Virus record (IMG/VR): IMGVR_UViG_3300032236_001613 | Coordinates: 248,001-312,000 of that record | Strand: one strand, 5' to 3' | Length of the DNA stretch: 64,000 bases | In this document: positions 32,101 to 40,088 of the stretch, in pieces | How the letters are laid out: the number at the start of each line of letters is the position of its first letter | Position numbering within the stretch: the first letter of the stretch is position 1 | Translations under genes and position numbers: made by a program | Notes under the pieces: model-generated | What the model saw: only the letters and a program-made list of their open reading frames with translations | Told to the model about the DNA's origin: nothing | Database searches by the model: none

Positions 32101-35100
32101 ACCAGGATTTATAGAAGCTGGGTTAACCGAATCAATTATAATTTCTAATTTATCTTTACTTAAAAATCCTCCAGCTTTATAACTTAAATTAAAGTTTACT
32201 GTAGACAGATCCTGTTTAAGTTCAGATAGATACTTTTTATTTCTCTTTAATCCATTTTCGATTACCCAAACACTGTAACCAGAGGAAGGAACAGATGATC
32301 CTAAATTGTCAATATCAGAATACAACATAACAGTAGCTGGATCAAGGAATAACTTATCGCTGCCGTATCTATATTGGCCAGTTGCATTTTTAGACAATCT
32401 TATAGGATCAAACATTTTAGCAGCATAATCTGCTGGTTTAGCAAGAGCACAAATTATTTGTACTGCGAAAGGCCACAGACTGCTACGTCTCCAAGCAGTT
32501 TCAACCGGACCGTGATCGCCGTAGACCCAATCGGCATCAGGCGACGGTATGTATCCGTTTTGAGCGATTCCTGCCCACTCTCTAACATCAACTACATTAC
32601 CGCTAGCATCAACAGGAATTACTTGACTTAGCCCCAGACGAATATAAACTGGATCTATTCCTGCTCGATCTCCTTGTCTAATTAAGCCTGCTTCGAGATC
32701 TTGCCATAAGTTTAAATTTCCTGCGGTGTAAGGAGCCGGCCCATATTCTGATTCCCACCATGATGGTTTAACACTAAATCCGAGCATTTCCCAAGGATGA
32801 GTATTTGGACGGTCAGTATCGAAATAATACTTATAGATACCTCTCCAGTTTCCAGCAGGAAGACTATCTGCAAAGGTATAATCATATGCTTGCTTAAAGT
32901 TATAAGTTTTATGATTATTAACATTATAGTATAAATTTTTTGTAAAATCTAGACCGTAAATAGAACTCCATTGAGTAAAATCACCTTGAACTAACTTATA
33001 AATTTCACTATAAGAATATTCTGATTTTCTAAATACCGAAGGTAGAATTTTATTAATATTAAAAATTTCTGGATTATAGTTTGCTTTTATGTTGTTGTAA
33101 ACACGTTTCTCAAATTCAAGCAATGCAATATCTCTATAATCATAATTTCCTTGATCTGCATCCTTTACTAATGTATATGCTACAGTTAAACTTCCGTCGT
33201 GTCCTTGTATTATCATTACAGGATCGTTAGCATAACTATAATCTTTATATATCTCAGGAACATACTTAGGATATAATCCTAATTTAGTAGGTGTCGGCGG
33301 TACATATGATCCTATTGTTGAAAAATAATCAACAATAGTGATTACATCTTGCACATTTAAAGTAGTAATAATTTTTACATTAGGGTTAACAGTATCAAAT
33401 GTATAATCTCTTCCATATATTAATTGAGTACCGTTAAGATATATTAGTATAGATCTATTCGATGGAGCTGTAATATCAAATATACTTGTAAGAGGGTAGA
33501 TAACATTGCGAGAATCAGTCACTGTGTAGGATTTTGAAGTTGAATTGTTACCAAACCCAATCATATCGCTTTGACTATAAGGAAATGAAGAATTTTTACT
33601 GTAGTTTATTAAGTTGATTGCCTGATCTAAAATTTGATCTGTAGTAAGACTCATATCAATCTGAGAGATCGAATCAATAAGTTTTAACTTAAATCCATAG
33701 TAATCATTAGCTGATGCACGAGTTGCATTAATTAAACTATTTTTTACATCAGTTATAAAAAGTTGAGCAAAAGATAAAGGATTATTATTGGTAATTAATC
33801 TTGTTCCGTATTTTGAAATATCTGGAAGACTCTTTAAATTACTTACACCAGGAAAATAACCAACGAAATTAGGTTCTCTCTGCACCATTGTTTGCACATG
33901 ATCTGAGATTTCACTTAATGTAAACTGATTTATCTCACCGTTTAGTGGATTGTTTGTTAAATTCAATGGTGTCTCGTAAACCCCTGTACTGTTAGGTGCA
34001 GCACTTGAATAGCAATTTAACAATAGATTAGTTGTTGTGCTAAAAGATTTATTAAGTTTTACATTTAAAACATTTTGCGTTGATGTAAAAACATAATCAG
34101 TTGATTCAATTAATTTTATATTATTAGCAAATACTGATACAGTAAGATCACTAATTAATCCGCTGTTATCGTAAACTGTTATTGGTACAATAGTAGTATT
34201 TGTATCTAAAACTTGGAACTGCTGTACTGCAAGTTTATAAGATTCTCCTTTGACCCATATATTAACAAGTGCATTATTCTGTTTTAAGTAAGTACTTGAT
34301 GTCGGAACTGCTGTTACCTGGTTCGTGCTTAATAAAGAGATTGTATCACTACTAAAAAAGTTTTGAAACAAGTAAGATCCTTCAACTCCTACATTCATAT
34401 AGCTTAAAGGAAATCCTAGTACAGGATCGTTTGCACCAGTACCTATTACATAACCAAATAGCTTATTTCCATTAAAAATAGAATCATAATAATTTTTATT
34501 ACTATAGCTGTTGCCATCGGCATCAAACAAATCAAAAAGAGGAGCTTGATTTAACTTAGTTCGTTGTTGAGCTAATACCCATTCCAATCCATTAAACCAC
34601 AACTCAGTGCCTTGACCTAATGTTCCAGTCGTTATTACAGTAGTGTTTCCAAAAACAGGTTCAACAGATTCAACAAGATTTATTTTATAAAATCCGTTGA
34701 TTGAACTAAATGTAACTTCGAATACTTTTGATTTTACTAAAGGATCTTTATCAGCAGTAAAAATTATTTTTTGACCCGCAGAAAGTGCAACACCGTCAAC
34801 AGTATACGAACTCGAGCCTTCGATAGTCTGAAAAACATTGGTAGTTGTTCGATCGATTAAATCGACCGTCGAAATACTGTTATTTCCAAAATTATATAGT
34901 TGTAAATCAGCTTCGAACTCAACGATCGGTCGGCTAGCTCTCATATTAATTGGTAAAACTGGTACAACACCATTTGCTGCGGCTGATACATTAACTACAT
35001 CAATATGAAACCATCTGTTATATCTAGACCATGGATTTAAATCTCGGCTAGCACGATTAATTGTAACATACTCAGGAGTTAACGGAAGATTTTTAAAATT

Positions 35101-36156
35101 ATCAAACGGATAATCATCAAAAGGAGTTGCATCAAAATCGGCATCATACTGTGTTGCTAAATTTTCAGGAGTTTGCAATAAATTAAAGTCAATTAACTTA
35201 ATTGCACTACCTACTCCTTCGACTATAAACTCTTTATTTTGATAATATGACGGTGAAACATTACCTGCAAATACAATTTTTAATCCATTAATAAATTCTA
35301 TTCCAGCAGAAGTTTTGTACTGAGCTTTACCAACAATGTCTTCGTCAACATTAATGGATGAATTTTCAGTAATAACTTTTACTAAGATTGTTCCAGGAAC
35401 AACTAACCCATCGTCGGAAGTATAATAAATGACACTCGGAACAGTTTCATTAACTGTAAAAATAATCTGACCGTTACTAACACCTGCTCCGGTTAATGAG
35501 CCTAGATTATTTGGTTCGTTATTTGTTTTAATATAAAAATTATGTTTAGAGTTAATATTGAAAACATATGTAACTCCTCTATAAAAAGTTAAGATTGGAT
35601 CTTCGGTTACACCATCTGGAGTAAAAATAAAATAACTGCCATCGGCAGAATCTGTCACAGTATATGTGCTTACTGTATTTCTTTGTGTGCCGGTAACTGT
35701 TATTGAATCTGGACCTAATGGTAACCAATAATACTCTCTAAAATTAACAAACTTATCCCAATCAATATGCGGATTGTAGCTATTAACATCAGGCGATAGT
35801 AATCTATTATAATCATTTACCGTTGACCCGTAATAACCTAATTGATTGACGAGATCATCGAATCCAAATGCGTTCTTAATCGTACCTTCGGTATCGGCTA
35901 AAGTTAAAGACGGTTGAAATGGATACTTATTTCGTAATTCCGAAGCATTAATAGTTGAATTTGATATGTATACATCTGAATTTGAATTATAGTTAGGAGT
36001 TAATTTACTTCCAACGAATCCGTTGATTCTTGTTAGCGAGGGTGTTTTATATAATTGGTCAAGAGTACTAGATAAAAACTTATTATTTTTTTCAGTTTGA
36101 AAATAAGTTGGTAATAGGTTTATTGATTTTCTAGTGTTTTTTGATGATTTATCCAT
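23134..36156 (-). CDS. Giant (4340 aa) baseplate wedge / virion structural protein
   Basis: Follows the gp6-like gene; YIKEVKPYHTKI wedge-like motif, FG-GAP-like repeats, CBM5/12-like repeats, GSGY beta repeats. Confidence 0.75.
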   Translation of the reverse strand: MDKSSKNTRKSINLLPTYFQTEKNNKFLSSTLDQLYKTPSLTRINGFVGSKLTPNYNSNSDVYISNSTINASELRNKYPFQPSLTLADTEGTIKNAFGFDDLVNQLGYYGSTVNDYNRLLSPDVNSYNPHIDWDKFVNFREYYWLPLGPDSITVTGTQRNTVSTYTVTDSADGSYFIFTPDGVTEDPILTFYRGVTYVFNINSKHNFYIKTNNEPNNLGSLTGAGVSNGQIIFTVNETVPSVIYYTSDDGLVVPGTILVKVITENSSINVDEDIVGKAQYKTSAGIEFINGLKIVFAGNVSPSYYQNKEFIVEGVGSAIKLIDFNLLQTPENLATQYDADFDATPFDDYPFDNFKNLPLTPEYVTINRASRDLNPWSRYNRWFHIDVVNVSAAANGVVPVLPINMRASRPIVEFEADLQLYNFGNNSISTVDLIDRTTTNVFQTIEGSSSYTVDGVALSAGQKIIFTADKDPLVKSKVFEVTFSSINGFYKINLVESVEPVFGNTTVITTGTLGQGTELWFNGLEWVLAQQRTKLNQAPLFDLFDADGNSYSNKNYYDSIFNGNKLFGYVIGTGANDPVLGFPLSYMNVGVEGSYLFQNFFSSDTISLLSTNQVTAVPTSSTYLKQNNALVNIWVKGESYKLAVQQFQVLDTNTTIVPITVYDNSGLISDLTVSVFANNIKLIESTDYVFTSTQNVLNVKLNKSFSTTTNLLLNCYSSAAPNSTGVYETPLNLTNNPLNGEINQFTLSEISDHVQTMVQREPNFVGYFPGVSNLKSLPDISKYGTRLITNNNPLSFAQLFITDVKNSLINATRASANDYYGFKLKLIDSISQIDMSLTTDQILDQAINLINYSKNSSFPYSQSDMIGFGNNSTSKSYTVTDSRNVIYPLTSIFDITAPSNRSILIYLNGTQLIYGRDYTFDTVNPNVKIITTLNVQDVITIVDYFSTIGSYVPPTPTKLGLYPKYVPEIYKDYSYANDPVMIIQGHDGSLTVAYTLVKDADQGNYDYRDIALLEFEKRVYNNIKANYNPEIFNINKILPSVFRKSEYSYSEIYKLVQGDFTQWSSIYGLDFTKNLYYNVNNHKTYNFKQAYDYTFADSLPAGNWRGIYKYYFDTDRPNTHPWEMLGFSVKPSWWESEYGPAPYTAGNLNLWQDLEAGLIRQGDRAGIDPVYIRLGLSQVIPVDASGNVVDVREWAGIAQNGYIPSPDADWVYGDHGPVETAWRRSSLWPFAVQIICALAKPADYAAKMFDPIRLSKNATGQYRYGSDKLFLDPATVMLYSDIDNLGSSVPSSGYSVWVIENGLKRNKKYLSELKQDLSTVNFNLSYKAGGFLSKDKLEIIIDSVNPASINPGVLLPNEDYTLLFNTSNPIKSVSISGIIIEKGDGYFTVKGYDRQNAFFNINAPRHRNNDSVVNVGGKSSAYLTWTENTYYQSGQIVKYSGVFYTVVNSANSGTSFNTSNYIKLSRLPTVGGATVLSTLDFNSEVTSVPYGTQYKTLQEVYDLIVGYGQWLTNQGFIFNQFNSDLGAVIDWKFSGKEFLYWTTQGWAAGSVITLSPFADTIEYQFTDAVVDNVLDSFYDYSLLKSDGSPYPIKNFTLSRENQVCTIKSFNSPEGIYFARLNLIQKEHVIVMNNKSMFGDIVYDIKTGYRQSRMKLAGFITSDWNGDFLSPGFIYDEAIISDWTNYTDYSVGDIVKYYGKYYSATQNIIGSLNFDYTQWSLLGSAPVAQLLPNFEYKINQFEDFYSLDIDNFDQSQQKMAQHLTGYTPRLYLTNIFVDPIAQYKFYQGFIKEKGTANSIQKLAKASMHNLQGQIEFTEEWAFRIGSYGNFNSYNEIEFPLRESDFRENSQIVKFVDTAPAVPDDINSYITPSDLSIKSQNYNSEMVFETTTSSTYRNNNIILPVAGYVRLDDVTSTIYNKTSLFDIANIGSLNEGDTFWLGFKDNGSWDVYRYTVQNTRVLSSSVTLPSSELTFTTSHKHNLSVGDIVSVYGLDNETDGIYEITRIPSLSSFSVSTTLTSASLPTTVALLFKFESVRVNSFDTIRDLQEKIKFKFGDTIWADNGDGISDKWTVYKKQNNYSKLKEIFNGYQHIHQLFGQSLASRETADVLIIGAPGYYTPATGYGAVFAYNGVKTQNLTPIGLITVNSTLSSTVTNFGYSVSYDMDYSVIVAGAPSANLIQINSIDGTFILDNEVYPGSNARYGSTIYLSQQAVNGNKTLLVGAPGTGTVYAYDLLLDIINVSTTATLTATIIPSYSLSISSSTSTDYQIVGNIAGDRTAIAYADNSTVYVYSADTLLQTINAPSLCTVNDKFGQSIAMSDNGVYLFASSITAKDLTHSPGIVFVYMWNGTQYNLTDYIFNPTDDTDMYFGSTVKTNTHGDLLLVSTIGKQALTTTFDNGLTLFDNETTEFIEYIVNSGSVYSYERKNVNFILANEFQDTASLVSGSGYGHSLAITNGSIFVGAPTTTPNYGVVYEFDKLDLTSNNWSVHRYQDELVDLDKIKRAITIDSFSEKIVDYIDIIDPVKGKIIGIADQEIRYKTAFDPAVYSIGNQGVVVDTNTSWIEDHVGELWWDLSTVKYVWYEQGEIEYRKNAWGSIFPGASIDVYEWVKTEYLPSQWSSLADTTEGLYRGVSGQPKYPDNSIISVKQYYNAETGVTTDVYFYWVKNTVIVPNLLGRKISASDVASIIFNPSSIGNKFLSILSSNSLSVTNIKNDLVSNNIYLNISKDYYNRSINKHTEWMLLSEGDANSMPTTMLNKKLIDSLVGVDSLGNLIPDPSLSDRQKYGIEIRPKQGMFVNRTEALRNAIEYVNGVFSKYLISYSANFRNLNSKEEIPDVYSREYDLLLSDYDSLTSLVVVDKKDAALSCSITNGKITSINIDNPGYGFGALLPVGLDIYGNAISWAGPNVEIIPGNNDLVSNASIKTLINQNGEIISVEIENPGSVFTVAPTLLVRPYTVIVESDINSNNLWAKYELSNKKWIKRHTQDYDTTQYWSYVDWTSTNYDPLKPLITVPEPYALETVTVSLGDYVKVLNQGNGRYIILQRVNGNGTYDNDYDLVLSEKGTIQLSSSLWNTKDNWYNFDYHYTYDQTLYDQTPERPLLNILTALKDDIFVGSLKIYWNYFFFKAVKYALSEQKFLDWAFKTTFINVKNLAGSLDQRHVYKFQNSEYYENYIKEVKPYHTKIRNYQVNYDVVESTNSYITDFDSPSYYDKGSNSFISVVEGDALLSTYPWKSWYDNYKLFVESAVVSSHGSGYTSVPTVEIITAPGDTGSGATAEALISLGKVTSIKITNSGSGYTKTPSIVILGGGSTLLVPATAYARMANGKVRTNTIGLKFDRITVNNEISNQRVTESFKGDNRTYNFPLSWAAENKKANIEVTLYNTTSTGHRILATEYSIDTYKKVVNGYHKLFSNIVLNSIPSTGTTLVISYNKNIELFHAVDRIQNYYSPTVGMPGNDLAQLMSGVEFPGSQIQGLEFDYTTNWDMAPFGKSLYGDDSNFYTTATVITTAATGTDTLVVNTLQGITAGLRVTTVALTTLTTNNNKFLSSNVVVTGINTLSNSVIFSTSTADQIISNTVRLEFWEYNTTPGVLDTILDGGNLSYTTAAGVNPSDTIIDADKFVSIYTSYAPEEQIKGEMYESVGISVYTRAESGSPMITQSVIQINQTVTNTIVALPMLPPNTASTMVYYNDTVLTYGRDYTIDFINQDVIVNPQPITGILGVSVIGVGGYQFNYYDYANGSNVTALSVHVGTINEIGSIYATLNGRRLSTTEYTLSRGRLYVSNLALGNYTLQAWSFTSGGNKFSTVNEQTFVGDGVTTSYLLTIYPGKHGSANSQAIVEINNRRLMSPSTVYYSVSAGETAFLIDPANNYPPGTFDLAHLEVYVNGIKLRNGIDFVLDQDSNQILFKPGFLQTGDAMAITNHTFSDYYFANGYVYIKPTANYQVNDLLKVIDFTDGDTSLIREETYLSRPSGKYPLTRKLLNSRYIWVTIGNSPLINTVDFYLDDTGTMVVLREDYPYIPNQLVSIMSMSDNTIEKNSVGYRVFTDLLGRNQFKRISKGNTTYLAETLYSTSTKIVVQDGSVLAEPNLAKKIPGAVLIDGEWIEYLTINGNELSDLRRGSLGTGPKDAYLVGTAVIDQSYKQNAPYQETFVKQKLTATNAISYVINGTLLTTATAADQLLVYYGGKLLRKAGIYKQNTDISYDSGDINLLGTTSTTSTLVLTKFVNDAYLVTSTNQVWVYTNSKLTNAVNGYIYSGLDYYPEEFTISGIVSNGSISTATLTLNLPNIKTGTEIMLVQRLAINNMYRNTGTSVLNDNSLFSTFLQDNPSTFPDKYYYGQF

Positions 36157-36169
36157 TATTCATTAATCC

Positions 36170-39100
36170 TTAACTACTGGTCACTATTGATGTTGAATTT
36201 AATTCTGATGCTGTTAAACTATTAATAATCTGTATGTCGCTAACTGTTGCTCCGCTAACAAAGATTTCATTGCTTTGGCAAGTTATTTGAAATAAACTGC
36301 CAAACCCACTGTTAGTAGACTTTGGAACAATAACAAAGTTAGTTATGTCAGGAGTCATAATATTCATAACGTAAGCTACCAATTCTCCAAAATTAAATGT
36401 TTGTCCGAAATCCCAGTTATCAATAGCAAAAAAATTATCAATAGCAGACAGAATTCTTGTTTGTAAACTAGTTATGCTAGCTGTACTTGAAGGACTTTGC
36501 ACAGCTTTGAATGTTGCTTGTAAAGGCAAAGGAGCCTGGCTACCAAACAATACTTTATATCTTGCAGGATGATATACAATCTCATCACTAATGCTCTTAA
36601 TAGGTTCCAAAGTCTGAGAATAATTATTTTCTAAACTTTGTGTTGTCGGTGGTAGTGGTTCGTTACCAGTACCACTAAGTAACCAATTTCGATATTCAAG
36701 GTCATAACTTTTACTCAATAAGTAAACGTCTATGATATTCATCTTGCTTGGATCGAGTCTTCTTTCGTTACCGCTATTATGTAAATAGTGAAATTTTAAA
36801 TTAGCTCTACCTGCTCGAGCATAATACAATGGTTCAACATTATAAGAATTTGATACTGCAGAATAACTTTGTATAACATCAGTGTTATAAAAATAATATA
36901 AATTTCCGTCAACAGGATTAGATACGCCCGATTGACTTGCATAAGCTAACACGTTTCCTGTATAAAGAGAATATCTTGTTCCATCAGCCGATTTTTGAAA
37001 ATAAACAAACTTGCTTCTAGCATTTGTTTGTGGGCTAATATAAGATGGATTTACAATATTATTAAATGCATCTGGATCGTCAATTTGACCATCATCACTG
37101 TGATCATAGAAACTAACATATACTTTTTTAGGCTCTATATATCCGTCCGGTTCGACTACTCCGCTATTAATCTGCCATGAGTAATCAATACCTAGTGCTT
37201 GAGAGGTGCTAGGTTGTTTATTAATCGAAAGCACATCAATACGATCTTTAATAACTGTGTCTGTTACAAAATCGTAATTCTTTTTCGAATCATCAACATA
37301 AAAAGCTGTTTGTGCTTGACTTTCGAAAACATATTCTAATCCTCGAGAACGAACAGTGTATTCTTTACCCGACCATTGAAACGCTAGTAACCAACTAGCA
37401 TCTCTATTAGAGTTAGTTAAATCGCCTTGGTAAGTAAGACTAAATGAATTAATTAAATCAATGTTAGTATCTAAAACTATATTCCATGATACTGTATTAG
37501 CGTTATAACTTAGCCCAAAATTTCGCTTAGACTGAGCTAAATTTACAATTTCTGTTTGTAAACTATAAGATAAAGTTGTTACAAATGGTGGAATAATAGA
37601 CTGTAATACAGCACTATTTGGTATTATAAAAGTATAAGGATTAACAATACCATCGCCGGGTATAGTTCCTGTTAAAATAACCGGACCTGTGCCGTCACTT
37701 AAATTACCGATACCACTATTTGATCCGTCACCAACTACATTTACAACTTTAGTCCACAAGTATGATACAGTTGTATCATCAGCAATTGACGTTAATGTTC
37801 CATTAGGTAAGAAATATTGATTTGGTGGTGGAATTAATTTTAATAATGCTCCGGGTATAACAGATGACAGAGAGCCTGACCCAAAATATCCTAATGTTAC
37901 TGGGCCACTGGCACTACTAAAATAACCTCTAGTTTGGTTGGTAGTTATGTTGGACTGATGCCATGCAATATATGATGCATCTAAAACAACTCTCGGGTAA
38001 GAATCTAAATAAAATGATTTTAGTCTCGGCGAGTTAATTATAGGTGCAACGCTATTTTGTACAACCGAAAATATTTCGTTTCGTGTAGTAAAACTAAATT
38101 GGAAACTGTTTTCTAAATAATCTTTATATAAAATTCCATCAGTAGCAAAAATATCAGTAGAGCTGTAAGCGCCGCTGATATCACTTAATTCATAATATTT
38201 GCTTATTCCGCTACTAATTCTATTGATACTTTTAATTTTAATAACGTCAGGGTTGACATTAAGAGGAGCAATATTATAATCCTCTCCAGTAATCATACGA
38301 TTCTGTGTATAATAAGTCTGTGGCGCTTTTAATTTAATATCGCTGTTAGATTCGCTAGCCGAAGAATTATTAACAGTATATTGTAAACTTACAATTATTG
38401 TTAATGTTTGAGTTTGCCCAGAAGCGTTATAATAAGGAATCTGAAGAGTAATATTACTCATTTGATTTGGTTTTATTGATAACGTTGCGCCGTCACTTTG
38501 TCTGTAGTAAAGTGTAAAGTTGCCGTTAGGTAAATTTCCAAAACTACCATCCGCAAATGATAAATCAATCTGATCGTTAATTCTAGTTAACACAGTATAA
38601 AGATTTCTGTCGTTTAAACTATTGCTGTTGTAAATGACATTATTACCAGACAAACTACTAACTTTAGTCCATAGAGTCTGTGGCGAATTAGTTGAATCTA
38701 GCTGCCATAACCATACATCAGAATCATTAACATTAGGAGTATTAACAGATATTAATTCGTTAGGCACCGGGCTTGTAACAGAAAAATTAACATTTGATAA
38801 AGATCCTTGTCGAAAATGTACAAAAAATCCTGTATTATTACTACCGCTGCCTTGATTATCATTTTGGAACAATAAAGCAAAGCTATTGCCCGGAGCAGGC
38901 GGTTCTTCGTAAATGAAGGTTTGACCTGCAAATGTTGACGAGACTATCTCAAAATTTAACTGAGTTCCGCCAATACTTTTTGTAAATCCGTAAACAGGAA
39001 CATTTGAGTTAGTGCTATTAATTCTATATTGCTCAGTTACAATGTTATTAATAACAGTGCTTAAATTTGGTTTTCCAAATTGTTGCGGCGCAATCATGGC

Positions 39101-39583
39101 AGAATTCATTATGGAAATAAACTGATCGTACCAATTTAAATTTGTCGGATCATTCCAACTTACTATAGAGTTGGAAAGATTAACTCCGTTTGAATCGTAG
39201 ATACTATCTGAAGTTGATACCGAAACAATTTTTAACAATCCCGACGAAGGAACATTTCTTTTTGGATTGTAACTGATTAACTGCGCTAATCGTAGAATAC
39301 TATCTCTTCTTTCAGCAGTTTCTAAAAAGTTTTCTCTAGCATTTAAGTCTATTCTAAAACTTAAATTTTGACCTAAAAATGCAATAAGATCAACTAGTGC
39401 TATAAATTCACTACTATCGATATAATCATTGAATTCTTCAGGATAACTTTCTTTTAAGTAAGTTATTAATGTGCGACGTAGAGTTTCAAAGTCATAGCTT
39501 GTGAAATCAGCATTTTTAAAACTTTGATATATTTTTTTCCAATCTTCAGCGACTAGCAATTGATTAGTTGTTGATGGTATCAT
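36170..39583 (-). CDS. Baseplate wedge subunit (gp6-like)
   Basis: DFETLRRTLITYL, FNDY..SS, ENFLETAERRDSI, FADGSFG, QNRMITGEDY. Confidence 0.85.
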   Translation of the reverse strand: MIPSTTNQLLVAEDWKKIYQSFKNADFTSYDFETLRRTLITYLKESYPEEFNDYIDSSEFIALVDLIAFLGQNLSFRIDLNARENFLETAERRDSILRLAQLISYNPKRNVPSSGLLKIVSVSTSDSIYDSNGVNLSNSIVSWNDPTNLNWYDQFISIMNSAMIAPQQFGKPNLSTVINNIVTEQYRINSTNSNVPVYGFTKSIGGTQLNFEIVSSTFAGQTFIYEEPPAPGNSFALLFQNDNQGSGSNNTGFFVHFRQGSLSNVNFSVTSPVPNELISVNTPNVNDSDVWLWQLDSTNSPQTLWTKVSSLSGNNVIYNSNSLNDRNLYTVLTRINDQIDLSFADGSFGNLPNGNFTLYYRQSDGATLSIKPNQMSNITLQIPYYNASGQTQTLTIIVSLQYTVNNSSASESNSDIKLKAPQTYYTQNRMITGEDYNIAPLNVNPDVIKIKSINRISSGISKYYELSDISGAYSSTDIFATDGILYKDYLENSFQFSFTTRNEIFSVVQNSVAPIINSPRLKSFYLDSYPRVVLDASYIAWHQSNITTNQTRGYFSSASGPVTLGYFGSGSLSSVIPGALLKLIPPPNQYFLPNGTLTSIADDTTVSYLWTKVVNVVGDGSNSGIGNLSDGTGPVILTGTIPGDGIVNPYTFIIPNSAVLQSIIPPFVTTLSYSLQTEIVNLAQSKRNFGLSYNANTVSWNIVLDTNIDLINSFSLTYQGDLTNSNRDASWLLAFQWSGKEYTVRSRGLEYVFESQAQTAFYVDDSKKNYDFVTDTVIKDRIDVLSINKQPSTSQALGIDYSWQINSGVVEPDGYIEPKKVYVSFYDHSDDGQIDDPDAFNNIVNPSYISPQTNARSKFVYFQKSADGTRYSLYTGNVLAYASQSGVSNPVDGNLYYFYNTDVIQSYSAVSNSYNVEPLYYARAGRANLKFHYLHNSGNERRLDPSKMNIIDVYLLSKSYDLEYRNWLLSGTGNEPLPPTTQSLENNYSQTLEPIKSISDEIVYHPARYKVLFGSQAPLPLQATFKAVQSPSSTASITSLQTRILSAIDNFFAIDNWDFGQTFNFGELVAYVMNIMTPDITNFVIVPKSTNSGFGSLFQITCQSNEIFVSGATVSDIQIINSLTASELNSTSIVTSS

Positions 39584-39636
39584 AATAACAATTTCTCATA
39601 GATACCTATATTTATTGATGTTATTAAATACGTATA

Positions 39637-40077
39637 TTATTGGAGAATTAACCCAAGCTCTTTGTTAAAAGCTAAGGATAAATTCTCTGTTTGATCAGAA
39701 CCTACAACCTGAAGTGTAAGTTCAAGTAGAATTCCGTATTCTTGTTCGTCGATAATTATTTGTACTGGAACAACTCTAGGATCTGCATTAACAATTCTGT
39801 TAATATCATCAGAAATTACTTGCTTGATACTATCTGTAAATGGTTCAAATATTGTTTCCCATATTATAGTACCAAACTCCGGCAGCATAACACGCTCGCC
39901 TTGTCTAGTATTAAACTGATTTATAAGATCTTGCTTAATTAAATCATAATCATAAAGTCTAGTATCACCTAATGTACCAACATTTACTGAACTATACCCG
40001 ACATAAAACTGACTTGTTTTCTGTGGATTTGTTGAACTGTACTGGGTTGGATTAAGTTCTAGATTTTTATAAGGCAT
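39637..40077 (-). CDS. Baseplate wedge subunit (gp25-like)
   Basis: LIKQDLIN...TRQGERVMLPEFG...DPRV. Confidence 0.9.
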   Translation of the reverse strand: MPYKNLELNPTQYSSTNPQKTSQFYVGYSSVNVGTLGDTRLYDYDLIKQDLINQFNTRQGERVMLPEFGTIIWETIFEPFTDSIKQVISDDINRIVNADPRVVPVQIIIDEQEYGILLELTLQVVGSDQTENLSLAFNKELGLILQ

Positions 40078-40088
40078 ACGTTTATTTA

